Shown in pieces: positions 48,679-55,289 of a stretch of 55,289 nucleotides of DNA (positions are counted from its first letter, which is position 1; every line of letters begins with the position of its first letter). Origin of the DNA: Cyanophyceae cyanobacterium (lineage in GTDB: Bacteria > Cyanobacteriota > Cyanobacteriia > Cyanobacteriales > JAAUUE01). The notes below the pieces were generated by a model. The model did not search any database. It had not been told where the DNA came from and was given only the letters and a program-made list of their open reading frames with translations. The position numbers and the translations under genes are program-made. Location: NCBI GenBank assembly GCA_038321825.1, contig JBBQFK010000003.1, positions 1 to 55,289 of the forward strand. Direction: 5' to 3'.

Positions 48679-50362
48679 CTCTACCTATGCTGATATCTAC
48701 GATCGCTTGATGACGGTGATCGAAACTAGCCAAGGACGGCTGGGGATTTTAATTGCAGCGGTGGATGAGCGGCAGCTCCGGGAGCAGATTATTCAAAGCT
48801 ATGAGCAGGAGGCAAGGCAAGCCCAGATCGAACCCTACCGGATTGAGCTTGGTCGGGGGGGGAGTTTGCGGAGCAAGTTGGCAGAATTGCGGGAAGCTCA
48901 TCCCCATTTGCAGGAGGGCGGGGAGGCGGTGATTACGGTGACGGGGGCGGAGTTGTTGCTGAGGTTTAATCTCCGGGCGGAGGATGAGCAGAAAACACCC
49001 CTAGAGGAATTTTTTGGTTATTTGCAATGGACACGGGAAGGAATGCGGGAATTTCCCTATCCGATAGTGCTATGGCTGAATCATCGACTGCTGAAGGAAA
49101 TTAGTTTCAAAGCCCCGGATTTCTGGAGTTGGCGCAAGGGGGTATTTTGGTTTTCGGAGGAGTTGGAGCCACCGCAAGAGGTTTTTGGTAATGTTTTGAC
49201 TGGTGGGATTGTTGCTGGTCAGGCTCATATTACTGGTCAGATATCTAGCACCGATGAATTTTTACCGCCCTTGGTGGAGCTACAACAAACCATCGCCGAG
49301 CTAAAAGCCACGGATCCCGACTCTGATAATTTAGCTACTCTCTACAAACGTCTAGGTGATATCTACGAGCAACGTATCCAAAAAGGAGAATCCCCCGACC
49401 CCCAACAGGATGCACCCCTAGGATTCCGGGCATTCCGCCAAGCCATCAACCGCTACCACACCCAACAAGACTATTCTGCCCAAGCTACTGCCTTGCTAAA
49501 GTTGGGCAATTTCCTTTACTATCAATCCCGCTTCAGTGAAGCCCTAGAAGTTTTCCAAGAACTCCTCGCCATCGCTAGGCAAACCGCAAATCGCTGGTAC
49601 GAAGGTGCTGCCCTAGGCAGTTTGGGGATTGCGTACAACAGTCTAGGCAGGTATGAGGAGGCGATCGACTTCCATCAGCAAAATCTAACCATTGCACGGG
49701 AGATAGGCGATCGTCAGGGTGAAGGTAAGGCCCTAGGCAATTTGGGGAATATGTACAACAGTCTAGGCAAATATGAGGAGGCGATCGACTTCCATCAGCA
49801 ATATCTAACCATTGCACGGGAGATAGGCGATCGTCGGGGTGAAGGTAATGCCCTAGGTAGTTTGGGGCTTGCGTACAGAAATCTAGGCAGGAATGAGGAG
49901 GCGATCAACTTCCTTCAGCAATATCTAACCATTGCACGGGAGATAGGCGATCGTCGGGGTGAAGGTAATGCCCTAGGTAGTTTGGGGCTTGCGTACGACA
50001 GTCTAGGCAGGAATGAGGAGGCGATCGACTTCCATCAGCAATATCTAACCATTGCACGGGAGATAGGCGATCGTCTGGGTGAAGGTGTTGGTTTAGTTAA
50101 TATGGGAGAAACTCAGATCAAACTTAAACAGTATTCAGAATCTTTGACCAATAACCAAGCAGCCTTAGAGATTTTTCAAGAGATCGGCAGTCGACAAGGG
50201 GAAGCATATGCGCTCAAAAATTTGGCAGAACTACATTATGCCCTAGGCAAGATAGATTTGGCAAGGCAGTATTGTCAGCAGGCGTTGGTACTGGCGACAG
50301 AATTGGGCCTTCCCCTAGCCGCCGATTGCGAGGCGCTGCAATTAAAGCTCGATCAGCCATGA
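48653..50362 (+). CDS. TPR protein with N-terminal inactive NTPase-like domain
   Basis: LQWTREG..FPYPIVLW...KAPDFWSWR N-terminal module with no Walker A; 40-aa TPR repeats; overlaps the ATPase gene. Confidence 0.8.
   Translation: MELLVLPVSSTYADIYDRLMTVIETSQGRLGILIAAVDERQLREQIIQSYEQEARQAQIEPYRIELGRGGSLRSKLAELREAHPHLQEGGEAVITVTGAELLLRFNLRAEDEQKTPLEEFFGYLQWTREGMREFPYPIVLWLNHRLLKEISFKAPDFWSWRKGVFWFSEELEPPQEVFGNVLTGGIVAGQAHITGQISSTDEFLPPLVELQQTIAELKATDPDSDNLATLYKRLGDIYEQRIQKGESPDPQQDAPLGFRAFRQAINRYHTQQDYSAQATALLKLGNFLYYQSRFSEALEVFQELLAIARQTANRWYEGAALGSLGIAYNSLGRYEEAIDFHQQNLTIAREIGDRQGEGKALGNLGNMYNSLGKYEEAIDFHQQYLTIAREIGDRRGEGNALGSLGLAYRNLGRNEEAINFLQQYLTIAREIGDRRGEGNALGSLGLAYDSLGRNEEAIDFHQQYLTIAREIGDRLGEGVGLVNMGETQIKLKQYSESLTNNQAALEIFQEIGSRQGEAYALKNLAELHYALGKIDLARQYCQQALVLATELGLPLAADCEALQLKLDQP
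49601..50080 (+). repeat. Four near-identical 120-bp tandem repeats encoding TPR units
   Basis: GAAGGT...CCCTAGG...GAGGAGGCGATC...ACCATTGCACGGGAGATAGGCGATCGTC recurs at 49601, 49721, 49841 and 49961. Confidence 0.95.
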
Positions 50363-50619
50363 AAACTACCACCTATTTCAACGAATTTGCCTCTCAAAAA
50401 CATCCCGGAATTCGACTAGAGTGGATAGAGCAGGTATTAGCCGATCCAGTCAAAAGAGAAGTGCAGACTAATGATCGTATTTCTTCCTAGCGTAATATTG
50501 AAGAAGCAGAAGGTCGAGTCTTACGGGTAATTACCTTAGAGGATGGAGAAACCGTTCACAATGCTTTCTTTAATCGTAACTTTTATAAACGACAACAGCG
50601 AGGCGAAGAACCACAATGA
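50359..50619 (+). pseudogene. DUF4258-like (RelE/BrnT-type) toxin with internal TAG
   Basis: Manual translation: MKTTTYF...EWIEQVLADP..EVQTNDRISS*RNIEEAEGRVLRVITLEDGETVHNAFFNRNFYKRQQRGEEPQ*. Stop at 50488-90; ATGA overlaps at both ends. Confidence 0.75.
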
Positions 50620-50822
50620 AAATTCGATATTTTCCTGATACCGATACCTTAGCGATCGAGCTAACTCGTAAACCGATCATTACCACTGAGGCAATTACTG
50701 ATGATTTAATCTTGGATTATGACGATGCAGGTAAAATTGTTGCCATTACCTTAGATAACTGTTCTAAAAACGTAGATGCGATCGATCTACAAACTTTTAA
50801 TTTACCTGTTTTAAGTAGGTAG
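50616..50822 (+). CDS. DUF2283-family putative antitoxin
   Basis: MKIRYFPDTDTLAIEL...LDYDDAGKIVAITL. Confidence 0.85.
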   Translation: MKIRYFPDTDTLAIELTRKPIITTEAITDDLILDYDDAGKIVAITLDNCSKNVDAIDLQTFNLPVLSR

Positions 50823-50887
50823 CTTTAGCTTTAAGGTGGGCAAAATGAAAAGATAGAGTCGATCAATATTGGTAATGAGAGGGCAAG

Positions 50888-51100
50888 ATGACAATTCGCT
50901 ATGAAATAATTCTGTCTTGGAGTGAAATCGATCGAGCCTTTATTGCCGAAGTTCCAGAACTGCCGGGATGTGCTGCCGATGGTGCAACCTATGCCGAAGC
51001 GGTACAAAATGCCGAAATTATAATTCAAGAATGGATCGCAACAGCACAGGAATTGGGGCGATCAATCCCAGAACCCAAAGGTCGGCTACTGTTTGCTTAG
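50888..51100 (+). CDS. hicB: HicB-family antitoxin (orphan)
   Basis: YEIILSWS..D.AFIAEVPELPGCAADGATY.EA...W...A.E.GR.IPEP. Confidence 0.9.
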   Translation: MTIRYEIILSWSEIDRAFIAEVPELPGCAADGATYAEAVQNAEIIIQEWIATAQELGRSIPEPKGRLLFA

Positions 51101-51135
51101 TAACATCCCTATTCCATAATGATAAAAAGTAGGAA

Positions 51136-51351
51136 ATGCCCAAAAAAATTAGAGAATTAAAAAGCTTATTATTAAAGGCAGGATTTACCTACAAACCCGC
51201 CAAAGGCAGCCATACTAAATGGTTTCATCCCCTCCTATCTCAAGCCATAATCATTCCCGGAAAAGATGGTAGCGATGCCAAATCCTATCTAGAAAAGCAA
51301 GTCAAGGAAGCCCTTGCCAACCTAAAACAAATAGAGGAACCTGAAGAATGA
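51136..51351 (+). CDS. hicA: HicA-family toxin
   Basis: LLKAGF...AKGSHTKWFHP...IPG..G.DAK.Y. Confidence 0.9.
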   Translation: MPKKIRELKSLLLKAGFTYKPAKGSHTKWFHPLLSQAIIIPGKDGSDAKSYLEKQVKEALANLKQIEEPEE

Positions 51352-51563
51352 AATACACGATTACCATTCAATGGTCAGAAGAAGATAATTGTTTCGTTGT
51401 TTTCCTGCCAGAATTTGAAGATGTCATGCAGCCCGTCACCCACGGAGATACCTACAACGAGGCGTGTCAAAACGCCCAAGAAGTCCTAGAACTTTTGGTA
51501 GAATCCGCCTTAGAAGCAGGTCAAATTCTGCCCCAACCCAAAAAGCTCTTCCAAGTAGCTTAA
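51348..51563 (+). CDS. hicB: HicB-family antitoxin
   Basis: YTITIQWSEED..FVV.LPEF...THGDTY.EA; ATGA overlap with hicA. Confidence 0.9.
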   Translation: MKYTITIQWSEEDNCFVVFLPEFEDVMQPVTHGDTYNEACQNAQEVLELLVESALEAGQILPQPKKLFQVA

Positions 51564-51668
51564 AAAATAACAATTTGCTAGGAATTAAATTTCTCAATGC
51601 CTCTAAGCGTCAACTTATCTCTCAAGACCGATGGAGTGCGATCGCCACCTAAAGGAAGATTTACAAGG

Positions 51669-51750
51669 GAGGGCAAGATGACAATTCGCTATGAAATAAT
51701 TCTGTACTGGTAATTGTTTTGTTGCTTTTCTGCCAGAATTTGTAGAGGTC
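51669..51750 (+). pseudogene. Chimeric remnant of the two upstream hicB genes
   Basis: 51669-51705 is identical to 50879-50915; 51711-51750 closely matches 51386-51425. Confidence 0.8.
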
Positions 51751-51894
51751 GTTGACGATTTGCTTAGTCATATTCCTGCTTACAAGTGCTAATATTCTAG
51801 CAATAGTTTTCATAACCGCAATTTTAATAGTAACTTGATACTAATTTCAACTCTAAGAGTTACCTGATACCCAATTGTAGAGGAGTTCCAGCGT

Positions 51895-53853
51895 ATGGTG
51901 GCAGTAAATATTAATCGTCCAGTGCAGAATAACCTAGAAACCCTAGAACGCCTGTTGCAGCACACCCTGCAAATGGACTTGCTGTACGTGGTTCCCCTGC
52001 AAGTAGAGTGCTTTAGTTGGGAAGATATTCTGGTGGTGGTTGTCCAGCATATTCCCCAGATTGTCCCCAATACCTATCAAGTTTTCCATCTCCTCGAACA
52101 AACTATCCGGGCAGCAGCTTGGTCGGCGAATTATCAAGTCCAGATTTATTTACGGATCAAAGATCAGACAGAGGCTTATGGAGATCATACATTCCGTCTG
52201 CCTCGATCGATCACATCCCTCAACAATCAAGAGGTAGATTTACCCCAAGGCGAGCATAATCTGGAAAATACTGAAGATAATTTCTCTGGTTTGGACGATC
52301 GAGATGGGATCGATGAGATTGATAATCTAGAAGATTTGACTAATCTAGACTCGGCGACTGATTCTTCAACGGATACTGGCTCTGATCCAAATCGCCCTCT
52401 GCGTCCCCGCCCCATTGACCTTGATGCTCTCATGCGTGGTGAACCCCAACCCCAACCCCCAGAGCAATTGCAAGTAGAGTTGATCCCGCCACCGCTCCCG
52501 GATCCCGAAGTTGTTGCCACTGCCAAACGCAAGCAAGCGAGAAAGAAACGTCGGGCGAAGCAAATGCCGATCCTGATGATGGGTTTAGCTGGGGTAGCTT
52601 TGGGAGCCGGAATTATTGGCTTTACCTTTTTGGGACGACCCTGTGTAGTTGGCAGTTGTGAAGTGATCCCCAAGGCACGTCAACTCAGCGCCAAATCCCA
52701 AGCAACTATTACGCCCCTAGCCTCTGCCAAGGATGTGTTATTAGCAGAAAAGGAACTTATGGCAGCGATCGCCTCTCTGCGGTCAATTCCTTTCTGGTCA
52801 AGCTACTATCAACAGGCTCAAACAGATTTGCGAAATTACATAACTCAAGCCCAAAAGTTAGAACAGTTGGTGATTTCTCTCAAGCAAGGGGCGAAGGCAG
52901 CAGAATTAGGGCAAAAATTACCCCTACCGGAACCCCAGTGGCAGGAAACTCAACAGGTCTGGCGGGAGGCGATCGCCCAACTAGAAGCCGTCCCCAAGGA
53001 TGACTATACCTATGGTTTTGCGGCAGCGAGATTGACCCAATACAAGGAAAATCTTCGGACAATCAATCTCCGACTGGCAGAGGAACAACAGGCCACAAAG
53101 AATTTACGGAGTGCTAAGGACACCGCCGATATTGCTCAAGTCCGGTTGGGGGTAGCCCAATTTTTGACCGATTGGCGAGAAGTAAGTAATAACTGGCGCA
53201 ACGCCCTCGCCCGTCTCGAAGAAATCCCCCCCACCACTACCGCCTATGCCACCGCCCAGGAGCTAAAGCAGGAATATACGCCTAAGTTTCAAGCGGCGGT
53301 CGATCGTACGGAAAAGGAGCAGATCGCTCAGAGATTCTTTGATCAAGCCAATGATTCTGCTAAGGCTGCCCAAAACTCCGGCAGTGAAAATCAATGGACT
53401 CTCGCCGTGACAAATTGGCAAACTGCCATCGCCTACATCCAACAAGTAGAAGCCGGAACCAGTGCTGCCACCCGGACTCAACCCCTGATTGATTCTTACA
53501 ACAATTCCCTGAAACAAGCCCAAGCTAATCTACAACTTGCCAATGTCCGCCAACGAGCCAGCGTTGACCTTGATCGCACCTGTAAAGGCAACCCCGTCAG
53601 CAGTCCCCCCATTTGTACCTACGATGTGGTGGATAACCTAATTCGAGTCCGACTAGCGGCGGGTTATACCGAACGGCTCCGGCAGACGGCGATCGTGGCT
53701 ACCGTCCGGGGAGATACCAAAACCCACACTGGCATAATCCAGCACATTAATACCCTGCAAAAAGCCCTCCAAGCCATTAGCCAAAATAACCGCCTTGGTC
53801 TAGAAATCTATGATGCTAATGGTTATCTAATCTCGGTTTATACTCCTAACTAG
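51895..53853 (+). CDS. Hypothetical single-pass membrane protein with helical repeat ectodomain
   Basis: Acidic/Pro-rich linker, basic patch plus TM, RPCVVGSC, repeated W..AI..L..IP helices. Confidence 0.7.
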   Translation: MVAVNINRPVQNNLETLERLLQHTLQMDLLYVVPLQVECFSWEDILVVVVQHIPQIVPNTYQVFHLLEQTIRAAAWSANYQVQIYLRIKDQTEAYGDHTFRLPRSITSLNNQEVDLPQGEHNLENTEDNFSGLDDRDGIDEIDNLEDLTNLDSATDSSTDTGSDPNRPLRPRPIDLDALMRGEPQPQPPEQLQVELIPPPLPDPEVVATAKRKQARKKRRAKQMPILMMGLAGVALGAGIIGFTFLGRPCVVGSCEVIPKARQLSAKSQATITPLASAKDVLLAEKELMAAIASLRSIPFWSSYYQQAQTDLRNYITQAQKLEQLVISLKQGAKAAELGQKLPLPEPQWQETQQVWREAIAQLEAVPKDDYTYGFAAARLTQYKENLRTINLRLAEEQQATKNLRSAKDTADIAQVRLGVAQFLTDWREVSNNWRNALARLEEIPPTTTAYATAQELKQEYTPKFQAAVDRTEKEQIAQRFFDQANDSAKAAQNSGSENQWTLAVTNWQTAIAYIQQVEAGTSAATRTQPLIDSYNNSLKQAQANLQLANVRQRASVDLDRTCKGNPVSSPPICTYDVVDNLIRVRLAAGYTERLRQTAIVATVRGDTKTHTGIIQHINTLQKALQAISQNNRLGLEIYDANGYLISVYTPN

Positions 53854-53854
53854 A

Positions 53855-54685
53855 ATGCTGAATTTGCGGAAGTTTATCTACTGGTTTTTGGCAGCGGCTC
53901 TATTAGTTTGCTCTAGTTATTTTTTAACTGGTTGCCTCGAACTTTTGCCACGGGAGACCACCGGGGGACATCTTTTGTTGGGAAATCCGAGCCTAGCCAG
54001 TAGCGATCCTAGCAACTCCAAAAACTACCTAATCAAAATTCCCCAGTATGCTCTTTCCTACAATGCGGAGCAGGGAACTGCCAATTGGGTGAGCTGGCAA
54101 TTGAATAAATCATGGTTGGGGAAGGTCGATCGACAGGATAACTTTCGCCCCGATGATAGTCTGCCAGATAGATGGAATAAAGTTAGTCCCAAGGACTACA
54201 CCAACAGTGGGTACGATCGAGGACACCTGATCCCCTCGGCCGATCGCACCAAAACCATCGAAGACAACTCGGCTACTTTCCTGATGACCAATATCATTCC
54301 CCAGACTCCAGACAATAACCGGGGTTCTTGGGCAGAGTTGGAAAAGTATAGTCGACAATTGGTAGATGAGGGGCGGGAGCTTTATATCATTGCTGGAGGC
54401 GTGGGCAAAAAAAGAGCGATCGCTAAGGGAAAAGTTATCCCACCTAGCCAAGTTTGGAAAATTATCGTGGCTCTCGATCGACCCGGGACAGGTATTCAAG
54501 GGATCAATCTGCAAACTAGGGTGATCGCCGTCAGTATTCCCAATAGTCAGGGGATCAAAGCCAAAAATTGGGAAAGCTATCGAGTTAGTGTTGATAGTCT
54601 CGAACAGGCTACGGGCTATGATTTCCTCCGGGCGGTGGATCCCAAAATTCAAGAGGTGCTGGAAGCTAAGGTCGATCGACTCTAG
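53855..54685 (+). CDS. Secreted DNA/RNA non-specific endonuclease (NucA family), probable lipoprotein
   Basis: LTGC lipobox-like motif, GYDRGHLIPS, TFLMTNIIPQ...NRG.W..LE. Confidence 0.9.
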   Translation: MLNLRKFIYWFLAAALLVCSSYFLTGCLELLPRETTGGHLLLGNPSLASSDPSNSKNYLIKIPQYALSYNAEQGTANWVSWQLNKSWLGKVDRQDNFRPDDSLPDRWNKVSPKDYTNSGYDRGHLIPSADRTKTIEDNSATFLMTNIIPQTPDNNRGSWAELEKYSRQLVDEGRELYIIAGGVGKKRAIAKGKVIPPSQVWKIIVALDRPGTGIQGINLQTRVIAVSIPNSQGIKAKNWESYRVSVDSLEQATGYDFLRAVDPKIQEVLEAKVDRL

Positions 54686-54749
54686 GATTAATTCTAATCA
54701 GGCGGCTAAATCCGTTACTACAAGGAGAATATTTAAGCTAGATTTGGGA

Positions 54750-55289
54750 TTAGCTAATCTTTAACCATAGGAGAAAAGTAGTTAAAGTGGTTGAGTTGAT
54801 ATCTAGTTGATCTGGTTGATTTACGCCCTTGAGGATTGCCCAGTAGGGATCTGCGGGACTGAAAACGGTAATTTTGCCCCCCATTTGCTCTAGAAGTTGT
54901 TGGGCGATCGCCAGCCCTAGCCCAGTTCCGGTAATATCTCCAGACTCCTGCACTCCTCGGTAGTGGCGCTGAAATAATTTAGGTAAATCCGCCGCCGGAA
55001 TTGCTGGGCCTGTGTTGGTGATGGCGAGGCAGAGGGAAGGAGGAGGTAGAGGAGGAGGTAAAGAAGGTAGAGGAGAAATGTTTTGATTGGGGATGTCTTG
55101 ATCTGGGGAATTAGTAGAGTTGGTAGAATTGGTAGAGTTAGTAAAGTTAGTAGATTGGGAGTAATCAAGGGTTTTTAAGAAGATGGAGCCACCGGGGGGA
55201 GTGTATTTGAGGGCATTATCTAGAAGATTGCTTAATACTTCCCTCAGGGCTGCCGCATCTGCCGTTATGGGGGGAAATTTCTCTGGTAG
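54750..55289 (-). CDS. Sensor histidine kinase C-terminus (HATPase_c, Hik2-like), truncated by window edge
   Basis: Open frame from 55289: ALREVLSNLLDNALKYTP (N box)...ITNTGPAIP...LFQRHYRGVQ...GTGLGLAIA (G2 box). Confidence 0.85.
   Translation of the reverse strand, partial: LPEKFPPITADAAALREVLSNLLDNALKYTPPGGSIFLKTLDYSQSTNFTNSTNSTNSTNSPDQDIPNQNISPLPSLPPPLPPPSLCLAITNTGPAIPAADLPKLFQRHYRGVQESGDITGTGLGLAIAQQLLEQMGGKITVFSPADPYWAILKGVNQPDQLDINSTTLTTFLLWLKIS

Noticed and set aside
36140-50362. Diversity-generating retroelement acting on the LRR/TPR repeats
   Set aside because: No reverse transcriptase or template/variable repeat pair is in the window, and the differences are not evidently adenine-specific.
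54917-55168. Separate 83-aa ORF, or a frameshift in the histidine kinase
   Set aside because: The kinase frame is open from 55289 to 54750; this ORF is an alternate frame of the low-complexity insertion.

Overview
Chromosomal window from a cyanobacterium, shown by psaA-psaB, psbK, rubA-ycf48-psbEFLJ, the gabD/2-oxoglutarate decarboxylase TCA-bypass pair, purE, der and frequent HIP1 GCGATCGC octamers. Accessory blocks interrupt the core genes. (i) At the left edge, an IS200/IS605 tnpB pseudogene is interrupted by an ISAs1-family element. (ii) An AT-rich, apparently HIP1-free island (~24.3-28.25 kb) holds a translationally coupled pair, a GNAT-PIN-(GNAT-like)-ASCH/PUA fusion plus a stand-alone ASCH gene, next to an Mrr type IV restriction gene and an IS1 remnant. 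This is the best candidate for an uncharacterised defence or RNA-modification conflict system. (iii) A minus-strand cluster holds an LRR pseudogene, Uma2, hicBA and mntA-hepT. (iv) Two paralogous secreted LRR genes flank FTR1, DUF2330 and an orphan RnfD-like gene. (v) A P-loop ATPase plus an inactive-NTPase/TPR partner with near-identical 120-bp repeats is coupled to a toxin pseudogene, DUF2283 and a hicB-hicA-hicB cluster. I saw no rRNA, tRNA or CRISPR array. Family calls come from motif recognition by eye; no database search was run.
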